From the IMG/VR virus record IMGVR_UViG_3300009431_000004: a stretch of DNA of 64,000 nucleotides; one strand, written 5' to 3'. Positions 55,201-62,794 of the stretch are shown here, piece by piece (position 1 is the first letter of the stretch; the number at the start of each line of letters is the position of its first letter). The notes beneath the pieces were generated by a model. The model was not told the DNA's origin. It worked only from the letters and a program-made list of their open reading frames with translations, and ran no database searches. This DNA is from a virus. The translations under genes and the position numbers were made by a program.

Positions 55201-55610
55201 GCCTTCCCGACCTTGGCAAGAGTGGATGCTCTACGGGAAATCGCTTTCTTTTGGAGGTCCATCTCCTTCTGCCAGCGTTTCTCGTCTTGGATTATCTGGG
55301 CCTTGGCCACCTTGCGGGCGGACTCAAGCCGGAGCTTCTCCTCCTTGGTGATGCCTTTTTCCGCGAGCCGGGCCGAGGTCGCTGCCATCTGGATGTAGGT
55401 GTCGGACAGCCGTTGGGAGATGCCCATGAGCTTGTCCTTGACCTTCTTCATCTGGGGGCCGGAGAAGCCGCTATCGACGGCCTTCACCATCGAAGTCGAG
55501 AAATCCCGCTGGACCGTATCCGCTGCCTTCTTCAGGTCTTTGACCGCCTTCGGGCCGAACAGGTCCAGCTCGACCCCGGCGCGGATGAGGTTCTGATGAG
55601 CAGTCGCCAT
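52287..55610 (-). CDS. Tape measure protein (1107 aa)
   Basis: Helical, Ala/Gly/Lys-rich, with a hydrophobic segment GPALIAIGAVVAGFAAIG. Follows two chaperone-like genes. Confidence 0.85.
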   Translation of the reverse strand: MATAHQNLIRAGVELDLFGPKAVKDLKKAADTVQRDFSTSMVKAVDSGFSGPQMKKVKDKLMGISQRLSDTYIQMAATSARLAEKGITKEEKLRLESARKVAKAQIIQDEKRWQKEMDLQKKAISRRASTLAKVGKAGKGEEMAAGAEKFGESMGAAFSDVVSGDVKNLSGLIRRMGEGTKKMAAAAAKKDTGGPMGAMAGTLGKFLATVGPALIAIGAVVAGFAAIGKMVLDADDAAKDLNSTILESGIAAGELVDEYGEMGKTLDRVRESFSKAFNFNRIWGTTAKDHLEILGAYAGAGKVFRELTAQTKGFADQQERLREATSTTMVYAKLFGQENKTMAESMASWMEELGENFETLQTGLSAIHGAAMESGFGVKRFYGMVLQATSGMSMYNVRLSETAALLIKLGKILGARVGGDFLQQLTKGFTEETMQDRVKRVYLTTGKIVGDVIETEAGGMASAFERKLNTMKEGDKEAFLAAFDKAGIARPVEGKKGAAAFAKALAGLSKKEKRELLTDASLAGNDELVRELDKLITLSSGMKGGALNQAAALGQLGPGGKMAMQAFSAMKLFGKTLDELTPKQRMAVEGAVGVSGEAFDQLAMLTGRLRGYHEKLSEVQAEARKDTTKWAAEYDEKQAEEMAKTFGVYIDKEGNRRKAIFDKERDATGKLVDVLRQGKGEVISDEFMNLMVSQGDSFEELANQIPEDIKLAQEQVRETTKMSKIMEQGVERILADIHTVVTSIWQILSVELFGGPDQERIQKLDKDIKLLREKERGGSKELSKLEALRAGATGDEKEAYSRLIREKEVSLRDITAMLEIKRGQREGVLEGDEDAGYRKAYAAIEAKLGPEEFAKYKESMSRVIVEKYAKAPSGTHVPAHAYGQVEAVRRGGAVQSLTGDWEHYAAEDLKQAMLQTTEMASVAQAIAAAEKRAHDDVVAKEQKDRTADKRGRKEFFQEWEKLRKKELSKEQREQDEAAVAGLLMSLTGKSYRDMPQMQVQAKKFLQGDYLSTEEMLGEKGSEFYKKLGEKGIVSGVAHDIVMQIGSRGVKFAQRVDPGDVGVFAKPGGALAGAGAGGGATNIFHLYNDGPGSLRTIEKAQSAGVLPG

Positions 55611-56809
55611 TACTCTCCTTCACCGGGTTCCGTGCGGAACTGGACGCGGCGGGACGCCACCTCCTCGGTCAGGTCTTTTGGCTCTCGTTTCGCCAACTTT
55701 TCCCCGTCCGCGACGAGCAGCCCAGAATCGGGACTCCTCTTTAAGTATTTCTCATAGAGGAAATCTCGACTTCCGTGGTCAGTGACGTGAATAACCCTTC
55801 CACCGGGCTGGCCGACCTCCCTTTCCCTGAGAATTTGGGCGAGTTGCTCTTGGGTGTACCCCACCAAGGGCGACGGATGCCTCGCGGAGGATTCCTCCAT
55901 AGCCAGTCGCTCGCGCAACGCAGCGGCCCTTTTCTCCCGTTCGGCCTTCTCCGCCTCGTGCTGGGCAGTGATTTTCTCCTTGTAGGCGTTGACTATCTTG
56001 TCGTGTGCGTCCTCCTCGCCCGCCACCCAGCGGCGCATTTCCTCTTCCAACTGCTCCGGCGTCTTGGACGGCAGGGAGAGGGCATCCATCGACTTCTTGG
56101 CCTCGACCTGCTCGGGGGAGAGAATCCCCGTGGCGAGGTAGTAGAACTTGTCCTGAACAGCCTGCCTGCGACCCAGCTCGGACTCCCAGAGCTGCTTGTC
56201 CCGCTGGTCGAGTTTCTTGGCCCCCTTGGGCGACTGTGTGGACGCAATGAGCTTGAGGCCCTCCCAGTACGTCTCATCCCGGACCCGCTGGTCCTCCATC
56301 TCGTTGAAGAAGGCCCACATGCGCTGCACGTAGTTGGTCCCCAGCGCCTCGACCCCCGGTATCCCGGCGTGCTGTGGAGTGAAGTGGCCCCCATAGGAGC
56401 GCCACCGGAAGCGCGAGATGGATTCGTAGCAGTAGGATTCAGTCGCGTCCACCGCCTTCGACTGGCGGGTGAACAGGCCCATCACAATGCTGAAGAGGAT
56501 GTCCCGCGCTCGCGGAGGGAGCCGCTGAAGACGCTGGGCCAGCATCGGCACGTTCTGGCTCTCCCCGAGGAGAGAATGGCCATTGGCCAGCCAGATGGCG
56601 GTCGCAATCGTCCAGACTTCCCAGTTGATGGAGCTGTTCTGGGTGCGGGACTGAAGCAGGAACAAGTCACCGGGGCCGAGGGACCGTACCACGAGCTGGG
56701 TGCCGTTCACCACGATGGGGTGTGACAGGAACCCGACGGTGATGAGCGATTCCACATCCTCGTAGAGCGGAAGTCGCTGGTCGGAAGTGGTCCTCGGCAG
56801 AGGCGACAT
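55610..56809 (-). CDS. Putative tail assembly chaperone 2 (399 aa)
   Basis: Synteny, immediately upstream of the tape measure. Has its own GGAGG RBS. Confidence 0.55.
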   Translation of the reverse strand: MSPLPRTTSDQRLPLYEDVESLITVGFLSHPIVVNGTQLVVRSLGPGDLFLLQSRTQNSSINWEVWTIATAIWLANGHSLLGESQNVPMLAQRLQRLPPRARDILFSIVMGLFTRQSKAVDATESYCYESISRFRWRSYGGHFTPQHAGIPGVEALGTNYVQRMWAFFNEMEDQRVRDETYWEGLKLIASTQSPKGAKKLDQRDKQLWESELGRRQAVQDKFYYLATGILSPEQVEAKKSMDALSLPSKTPEQLEEEMRRWVAGEEDAHDKIVNAYKEKITAQHEAEKAEREKRAAALRERLAMEESSARHPSPLVGYTQEQLAQILREREVGQPGGRVIHVTDHGSRDFLYEKYLKRSPDSGLLVADGEKLAKREPKDLTEEVASRRVQFRTEPGEGE

Positions 56810-56821
56810 AATCCTCCATCA

Positions 56822-58150
56822 TCACGGCTCCGTAGTTGGGGCCTTCCTGAATCGCGGGTTCTGGGTTCCCTCCGAGGCCGTGCTGGCGTTGACCCTCGCC
56901 TTCTCTGCGGGAGGGGGTGGAACCTTCGCCAGTTCTTCCGTCTCACCCCGGAAGACAGGAACCTCCTTGCCGGATGCGTGGGTGGCGGTTCCGACCTCAG
57001 CCGGGTTGGACTGGAAATCTTCCAGCTCCTCCATGGCCGCTTCCTCTTCGGCCCGGAGCGAGTCCCGCGTCTCGATTGCGTCCATGTGAGGGGGCTGGCC
57101 CCCAGAAGGAAGGACCACTCCCGGATTGGGGGTGAGGACCGACCCCTCCGCCGGGGGAATCCCCGTCTCCCCTCGGCTCAACCGGGCTTCGAGGAGCCGC
57201 TTGTTCTCAGCGGCCACAGCGGCCTCCGGGTCGTCCGGGTCGAGCAGTGAGTCCTCCAAGCGGTCAAAAGCCGTCTGAGGTGCCTCTGCGGGCCTTGCAG
57301 GGGTATCTGTGGCCGCGACCGGGGTCACGGTTTCTTCTGTGGCTGGCGGAGGCTCCGGGGCTTCCGAAGGGGCCACTGGCGGAGGGGCCGCATCCGGGAT
57401 GATAGGCTTCCGCTCACCGGACGGGGCGGGGTCGGGGGTTGGGGCCGGGGCTTCTTCGGGTTCGCTGACATCTGCCCCGGCCATCTTGGCCCGCAGCTTG
57501 TCGGCATTGGCCCGCGTCTCCTCCGCGTCGGCTGTCTCGACCGCAGCCGTAGACTGGACCATCTCGGTGAAGTTGGTCTTGAGGGTGTCCCCCTGCGTCT
57601 TGGCCGCCTTGAGCTGGGTCAGGAGCTTCTCCACCCTCCCGATTTCCGCGTCGAGGTCCGAGGGGGCGAACTTGATGGCGTTCTGAACCCTCTCTTCCAT
57701 GGACAGGATGAGTTCCGTGTACTTGCGGTACATGGCCAGCCGGAGAGTGCCTCCCCAACGCTGGATGAGCTTCCTGACAGCAACGTGCTTCGGGAGACGG
57801 ACAGCCTGTCCGTTGTCGAGCTTCTCCCCAGTCTCGACGTACTCGACATCCCGGAAGTCTTGTTCCCCGACTGCCACGACGGCGTAGGACAGGAGAGCGA
57901 GCTTGAAGCGTTCGAGGAACTCCAAGGCTTCCGCAGGTTCGGCCTCTTCGTCGCCGCCCTTCTCTTCTTGAGTCAAGCCGAAGGTGGCGAACTTCTGGAC
58001 CTCGTTTTCCTCTTCAGGCAGGATGACGCGCAACGTGACCTTCGTCTTGTCGGCCACGTCGAACGTGATTTCCCCCTTGCCGAGTTCCTCGATGGGGGCG
58101 AACGCCTGTTCCAAGGCTTCAAAGGTAATCTGCGGCTGCGACTGCGACAT
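56822..58150 (-). CDS. Putative tail assembly chaperone 1 with Pro/Ala/Glu-rich disordered C-terminal half (about 442 aa)
   Basis: Follows the tube gene. Chaperone-like VTLRVILPEEENEVQ..LLSYAVVAVG. ATG at 58150 after GAGGG. Confidence 0.55.
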   Translation of the reverse strand: MSQSQPQITFEALEQAFAPIEELGKGEITFDVADKTKVTLRVILPEEENEVQKFATFGLTQEEKGGDEEAEPAEALEFLERFKLALLSYAVVAVGEQDFRDVEYVETGEKLDNGQAVRLPKHVAVRKLIQRWGGTLRLAMYRKYTELILSMEERVQNAIKFAPSDLDAEIGRVEKLLTQLKAAKTQGDTLKTNFTEMVQSTAAVETADAEETRANADKLRAKMAGADVSEPEEAPAPTPDPAPSGERKPIIPDAAPPPVAPSEAPEPPPATEETVTPVAATDTPARPAEAPQTAFDRLEDSLLDPDDPEAAVAAENKRLLEARLSRGETGIPPAEGSVLTPNPGVVLPSGGQPPHMDAIETRDSLRAEEEAAMEELEDFQSNPAEVGTATHASGKEVPVFRGETEELAKVPPPPAEKARVNASTASEGTQNPRFRKAPTTEP

Positions 58151-58357
58151 ATCTTCCCTCACTCATCATGGGACGCAGCGCAGGTGGGCCGTGTAGTGCA
58201 AGCGGGCGGATTCCGTTCGTCTACTTCTGTCCGTCTGACCACCCTTTCGGGGGGAAGCAGCTCAAGCGTTTCTGTTCACATCCGTCCGTTGGTCCGTAAG
58301 GCCACCGGGCTGTTCCCAGTCCACATTTAACCTCCCTCAAGGGGAGGACGATTCACT
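58151..58357 (-). ncRNA. Candidate structured leader/small RNA with five ACGGA motifs
   Basis: The longest non-coding gap inside the tail operon. ACGGA x5, a GAAA-tetraloop hairpin and a 5' CCTCCC/GGGAGG hairpin. Confidence 0.35.
58331..58347 (-). terminator. Hairpin after the tail tube gene (weak terminator or processing stem)
   Basis: CCTCCC-CTTGA-GGGAGG followed only by TTAAAT (poor U tract). Confidence 0.35.
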
Positions 58358-59212
58358 TTACCCTGCTACGCTCTCGGTGAAGCCGATGGACTGCTCCGAG
58401 CCACCGATGGCTCCGCCACCGGCCTGCGAGATGCCGAAGCCCTGCTCCGCGAACCGGATGGAGCCGAGCTGGCCCAGCGTCGGGTCGTTGCCCGTGGCGA
58501 GGAACTCGCCGTAGACACTGGCGAAGTCGTGAACATCGGACACGCTCACGTCACCGGACTCCATGATGACCCCGGCGTCCTTGGCGAAGGATGCCGACCA
58601 CGAGGTGAACCAGCACGCTTCGTAGATGGTGATGATGGCCGTGTGGCCCCGGTCACGGGGGTTCAGGTCGGGGGCCGCCTCGCGCTGGGTGCCGTCGGAT
58701 GGGACCGTGACTTGCGGGAAGCTGATGGCCCGTGAGCCACCGTCGAAGGAACCGGGGGAACCCGTCTGGCCGATGTTGGCCACGCCGAGGTCGCGGTCTG
58801 CGAGGGTCGAGAACACGAGCTGCTGCTCGATGTCGAAGGGCCACTTGTGGTGCTTGAGGGACCGGACGGGGCCGTCGATGCCCGCCGCGTAGCCCGTCGC
58901 CTGCCAGAGGTTGCAGAGGTACAGGAGCGCCCGCTCGAAGGAGCCGGTCATCGGTTCGGTGACACCCGGCACCTGCTCTGCAATCTGGTCCCCGAATCCG
59001 ACCCCGCGCACCGGCTCGATGGCCCGCGATTCCGTGGGGTTGAAGGTCGAGACAACGCCCATCTGGTGCATTGCCTGAAGGCTCCCGTAGTGGGGCGTCA
59101 GGATGCGAACCTTCTGGGAGACGGCAGTCCGGGTGTTGGGGCTGGCCCCGAAGTCGTACAGGTAGGAATCACCGCCTACTCCCGACTGTGGGTTTTTGTC
59201 CTTGTTCGGCAT
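58358..59212 (-). CDS. Tail tube protein (284 aa)
   Basis: GVVSTFNPTESRAIEPVRGVGFGD..EQVPG..SFERALLY..PFDIEQ..TIYEACWFTSWS pattern of myophage tube proteins. Strong RBS and own promoter. Synteny. Confidence 0.75.
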   Translation of the reverse strand: MPNKDKNPQSGVGGDSYLYDFGASPNTRTAVSQKVRILTPHYGSLQAMHQMGVVSTFNPTESRAIEPVRGVGFGDQIAEQVPGVTEPMTGSFERALLYLCNLWQATGYAAGIDGPVRSLKHHKWPFDIEQQLVFSTLADRDLGVANIGQTGSPGSFDGGSRAISFPQVTVPSDGTQREAAPDLNPRDRGHTAIITIYEACWFTSWSASFAKDAGVIMESGDVSVSDVHDFASVYGEFLATGNDPTLGQLGSIRFAEQGFGISQAGGGAIGGSEQSIGFTESVAG

Positions 59213-59252
59213 GAGAGTCCTCCCTTTCAGGCGCTAGAGCGACCACGCTCGT

Positions 59253-59283
59253 TCATTGTATGGGTTTTATAGGCAGACAAACG
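59253..59283 (-). promoter_or_regulatory. Putative phage late promoter, copy 5
   Basis: CGTT-TGTCTGC-CTAT-N12-ATGA upstream of the tube gene. Confidence 0.7.
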
Positions 59284-59290
59284 GACCCCC

Positions 59291-59740
59291 TTACGGGCTG
59301 TTCTCGACCCACAACCGTTGGAATTCCAAATGGAACGCCTTGATGGCGTAACTCAATCGGATAATGACGAAATTCTCGGCATTCCGGGTATCCGCACTTT
59401 TGGTCCAGTTGAAGGAGCCAGTGATGACTGCCTTTTGGTCCCCCACCATGAACTTATGGTGCATCAGGCCGGACTTGGTGTCCAGAAGGAGAGGGACACC
59501 GGCAGCCAGTAACTTCTCGTCGTCCGCGTAGCGACCTCCGGCCTGCTGCTTGTCCACCAGCACACGGACCGCCGCTCCCCGTTGGTGCGCCCGGATGAGG
59601 GCTGCTGCGATGTCGTCATGGGTCACAGAGTAAACGGCAGCGTCAATGGTCTTCTCGCACCTGTCGATGAATCCGATTATCTGGTCGGCTGCGCCCCGAC
59701 CGGGAGAGAAATAGGAACTGACGTAGGGTCGTCTGGCCAA
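59291..59740 (-). CDS. PLD-family (Nuc-like, single HKD) nuclease/phospholipase D-like protein (149 aa)
   Basis: YFSP..IDAAVYSVT..MHHKFMVGD..VITGSFNWT..NAEN motif. TTG start after AGGAGGTG. Confidence 0.9.
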   Translation of the reverse strand: MARRPYVSSYFSPGRGAADQIIGFIDRCEKTIDAAVYSVTHDDIAAALIRAHQRGAAVRVLVDKQQAGGRYADDEKLLAAGVPLLLDTKSGLMHHKFMVGDQKAVITGSFNWTKSADTRNAENFVIIRLSYAIKAFHLEFQRLWVENSP

Positions 59741-59780
59741 TCCGCACCTCCTACATGGGGTGCGGATTGGCCGATTACCG
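59735..59780 (-). promoter_or_regulatory. RBS/start-sequestering 14-bp hairpin overlapping a late promoter variant
   Basis: GGCCAATCCGCACC-CCATGTAGGA-GGTGCGGATTGGCC perfect stem at 59735-59772. Overlapping motif CGGT-AATCGGC-CAAT-N11-GTAG. Confidence 0.75.
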
Positions 59781-59784
59781 AGGG

Positions 59785-62241
59785 TTACGCGGGGAGCTGG
59801 ACCTGCCGGGCGTCCCCGATGACCGCGACGTAGGCATCGTAGTTCTCGGAGGCCCGGAGTGTTTCGTAGCGGGTGTCCCAATCACCGTCCACCTTGACGG
59901 TGCCGTCCCGCAGCATGGCCACGAGTTGGGTGAGCCAGTCATCCCCCGCAGCGGCCTTGGACTCGATGTAGTCCGCCATCCGCTTGAGGTGCGGGGAGAA
60001 CATGGCCGTCCCGCTGTCCACATCCCTCTTGAGGAGTGCCAGTGCCAGCACGACGGTCTTGACGAACCGCATGTTCGGGTCGGCTCCGGGCATCCCGCCG
60101 TCGGCCATGAGCATCGTGACTTCCCCGAGGAAGGACCACGACTGGTCGGACATGATGATTCCACCCTTGGTACGAGTCTCGGGTGTGTAGTCCGCCTCGA
60201 AGCCCATCGTGTCCGCGCTGCTGTCAGGAGAGACACAACTGTTGACTTGCACGCTGCGGGACCGGAGACTCTTGAGGCTGCTCCCGAAGCTACGGGTCAA
60301 GCCCCGCCCACCGTCCATCGAGAACATCACATTCGGCTGAGAGGAGTAGAGGTTGGGGGAGGGCATCGAGGCGCACATCACCATGCCCGCATCCCGCTGG
60401 CCGGTCATGTCGGAGGGCATCCCCACCGGAACCACCTGCTGCTCGGGCTGCTCACCGGCTTGGTCCCCGAGACGTTCCACCACGGCGCACAAGCTCATGA
60501 CCCTGCTGGCCAGCCCGTAGGCCGTGGAGATGGCCTTGAGTTCCTGTTCGATGCTCTTGAGGGCCGGTCCCTTGCCGGTCATGTCCATGGCGGTTTCCAA
60601 GTCCCCCACCTTACGCCCCGCCCAGAGGAGGGCGGAGAGGCCGTTGGGAGTCGGAAACACGCTGGCGAGCTTGACCGTGGCCGAGCCGCCCTTCCACTTG
60701 AGGGCCAGCTCCGTCGGACGGCCCTTCCCAGAGGAGCCGTTGTCGGTGATGATGAGAGCCTTGCCGCCCCACACGGTCCCCACGTCGTGGGTCTGGGACT
60801 TCTTGCCCGCCTTGGCGATGACGGTCGCATCGGTCTGGACCGGCTGCCGCACGGTGGCGAACAGTTGCATGGACGCGGCGTCCACGTCCTCGTTGACGCT
60901 GACCATCTTCGAGACGCCACCAGTCCTGCGGGCGAGGGATTCGAGGAAGCGGTCCTGTGCCGCGTCCCCGATGCCGAGGATGTGGATGCGGCTGCTACAC
61001 GCTGCCGCCTGTTCGATGATGGGGCCGGTTTCCCAGACTTCGCCGTCGGTCAGCATGAAGATGTCCCCGCCGGGTCCACCCAGCACGTCCACGGCTCCGC
61101 CAAGGGCCATCGCCAGCTCAGTCCCACCGAGGCACGAACCGGCCAACAGCCACTTCCGGGCGCGTTCCCGGTTGGTGTCTGTCGCCTTGCCCATGTCCTT
61201 GTCGAAGACGCTGAGTTCGGAACCGAAGGCGATGAGGCCGAACTCGTCGTCCGAGGCCAGCCCCGCCAACATGGCGTCGAGGGCGGCCACGGCCCGCTGA
61301 ATCTTCGGGCCGTCCATGGAACCGGAGCGGTCCAGCAGGAAACACACCCGGCGCGGAGCGGCCTGCATCTGCGGGAAGCAGCTCGACGGGATGAGGGCGG
61401 ACCAGCGGGCCGCGTCCTTGGGCAGCTTCGGGTCCACGGACTCGTCCACGAACAGGGTCGGTGCGGGTTCACGCACCTTCACGTCCACCACGAGGTCACG
61501 GTCCGGCACGTCGTTGTTCCCCGAAAGGAACACCTCGGCGCTGCCGTCGTCGTTGGGTCGCACCTCGACCTTGTGCGAGGGCGAACCCACGGAGTCCAAC
61601 TTCCCGCCCGCCTCAACGTGCAGGTGGAAGGAAATCTGGTGCAGACCGTCGGCCTTCTCCTCCCACTCGGGGAGGATGAGGTCCCCGAAGACCTCCGTCG
61701 GCAGCTCCATCCCGCCATCGCCGCTGGCCTTGGCCTGCGCGTGGTAATTGGGCGCGAGGGTGAACGGGTAGCGGAACCGGAACTTCTTGTCTTCCAGCTC
61801 GACCCCGACGTTCACCTCGACGATGACCGAGACTTCCTCGTCCGGGCGAATCTGGCCCACGGAGAGGGTCACGAGGCCATCCTGAGCCGTTTCAGCCAGC
61901 ACGGAGAGGTGTCCGTCCGCGACGCCCTGCTCGTACTCCTCGCGGGCCTCGGCGCGGGGTTCCAGCTTGGACTCCATCTCGAAGTCCTTGCCCTTCACGA
62001 TGAAGCGCCGGAGCGTCCCTTGCCTCGGAAGCATGAAGACGTAGAGGACTTCGGACGGCCCGTCTCCTTTGCACTTGAACCTGTGCGTGGCCCGCAGCAA
62101 CGCACCCGCCGGGCTGACTCGCCCGGACAAGTCAAGATGCTGCATGGCCAGCTCGATGGGTTGCCGCGTGGCGGCATCCAGAATTGTGTGGACCCACTGG
62201 CCGGGATTGCCCCCGAAGTTGGGTACGGTTGTCAGCGACAT
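59785..62241 (-). CDS. VIT + von Willebrand factor A domain protein (818 aa)
   Basis: VIT N-terminus (EVLYVFMLP..EAREEYEQ..SVGQIRP). Intact MIDAS: LLDRSGSM, GGTEL, LTDGE. C-terminal YGLASRVMSLCAV. Confidence 0.9.
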   Translation of the reverse strand: MSLTTVPNFGGNPGQWVHTILDAATRQPIELAMQHLDLSGRVSPAGALLRATHRFKCKGDGPSEVLYVFMLPRQGTLRRFIVKGKDFEMESKLEPRAEAREEYEQGVADGHLSVLAETAQDGLVTLSVGQIRPDEEVSVIVEVNVGVELEDKKFRFRYPFTLAPNYHAQAKASGDGGMELPTEVFGDLILPEWEEKADGLHQISFHLHVEAGGKLDSVGSPSHKVEVRPNDDGSAEVFLSGNNDVPDRDLVVDVKVREPAPTLFVDESVDPKLPKDAARWSALIPSSCFPQMQAAPRRVCFLLDRSGSMDGPKIQRAVAALDAMLAGLASDDEFGLIAFGSELSVFDKDMGKATDTNRERARKWLLAGSCLGGTELAMALGGAVDVLGGPGGDIFMLTDGEVWETGPIIEQAAACSSRIHILGIGDAAQDRFLESLARRTGGVSKMVSVNEDVDAASMQLFATVRQPVQTDATVIAKAGKKSQTHDVGTVWGGKALIITDNGSSGKGRPTELALKWKGGSATVKLASVFPTPNGLSALLWAGRKVGDLETAMDMTGKGPALKSIEQELKAISTAYGLASRVMSLCAVVERLGDQAGEQPEQQVVPVGMPSDMTGQRDAGMVMCASMPSPNLYSSQPNVMFSMDGGRGLTRSFGSSLKSLRSRSVQVNSCVSPDSSADTMGFEADYTPETRTKGGIIMSDQSWSFLGEVTMLMADGGMPGADPNMRFVKTVVLALALLKRDVDSGTAMFSPHLKRMADYIESKAAAGDDWLTQLVAMLRDGTVKVDGDWDTRYETLRASENYDAYVAVIGDARQVQLPA

Positions 62242-62657
62242 TTCCTGTCCTCCTTTGTGTCTTCTTCGTCTACATTTTCAACAGCCTTCGAGAACGTCCC
62301 GAGGGCATGTGTGACCCGGTGTCGGCGGTGTGGGGACATCCCCACCTTGAGTTGAACGGTCACGTCGTCGGCCAGCTCGAACTGGTCCCACGTCCCGTCC
62401 GGGGTGGTGAGCCTCCGGTGAAAGTCCGCCCTCTGGTCTTCCAGAATCCGGCGGATTTCTTCGAGGCCCTTTCCCTGAGCCTTGAGGTTCTGGATGGCCT
62501 TGAGAACGTCCAGATGGCCTTCCTTCGTGTAACTGGCCGTGCGGCCTTGGCCCACAGGACCGGCGAGCAGTCCCGAGGAGATGTAGTAGCGGATGGTCCG
62601 TGCCGAAATCGAGCTGGCCGTCACCAGCTCGTCCATGGTGAATGTTGCGGTTGTCAT
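62232..62657 (-). CDS. MerR-family HTH transcriptional regulator (141 aa)
   Basis: FTMDELV..ISARTIRYYISSGLL..ASY..HLDVLKAIQNLKAQG..LEEIRRIL. ATG at 62657 after GGAGG. 10-nt overlap with the VIT-vWA gene. Confidence 0.9.
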   Translation of the reverse strand: MTTATFTMDELVTASSISARTIRYYISSGLLAGPVGQGRTASYTKEGHLDVLKAIQNLKAQGKGLEEIRRILEDQRADFHRRLTTPDGTWDQFELADDVTVQLKVGMSPHRRHRVTHALGTFSKAVENVDEEDTKEDRKCR

Positions 62658-62670
62658 TAGGTCCTCCCAG

Positions 62671-62711
62671 AATCTAGGGAGCAACATAACGTCACTGTCA
62701 AGTTCTGTCAA
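62671..62711 (-). promoter_or_regulatory. Tandem sigma70-type promoters for merR-VIT
   Basis: TTGACA(62711-62706)-17-TATGTT and TTGACA(62701-62696)-19-TAGATT, created by a 10-bp direct repeat. Confidence 0.7.
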
Positions 62712-62715
62712 GTTC

Positions 62716-62738
62716 TTTTTTCGAGGGGGTCGAAAAAA
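62716..62738. repeat. Perfect inverted repeat between the divergent genes
   Basis: TTTTTTCGA-GGGGG-TCGAAAAAA. Confidence 0.8.
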
Positions 62739-62794
62739 CTTTCGATGGGGTAATAGGAAAGTCGCAGTGGTGCGACCTACTCTAGGAGGACCCC

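Noticed and set aside
55610-58150. Programmed frameshift between the two tail chaperone genes
   Set aside because: The first ORF ends in tandem TGA and the second has its own GGAGG RBS and ATG. No convincing slippery heptamer seen.
20077-59212. Bacterial eCIS/tailocin or T6SS locus instead of a phage
   Set aside because: No Afp15-like ATPase or T6SS membrane complex. Free-standing homing endonucleases, non-sigma70 promoters and giant fibres fit a lytic phage better. Head genes outside the window would be needed to confirm.
59741-59881. ORF-track N-terminal extensions (PLD 59881, MerR 62711, HNH 42586, 41790, 29894, 9472, 58162)
   Set aside because: They overlap upstream genes or promoters. 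Downstream starts have a better SD or stop-start coupling.
1307-62355. Very long plus-strand ORFs (e.g. 1307-5113, 5383-8328, 13335-17213, 29977-32868, 59755-62355)
   Set aside because: Antisense shadows of GC3-biased minus-strand genes. V/R/G/H-rich with no recognisable motifs.
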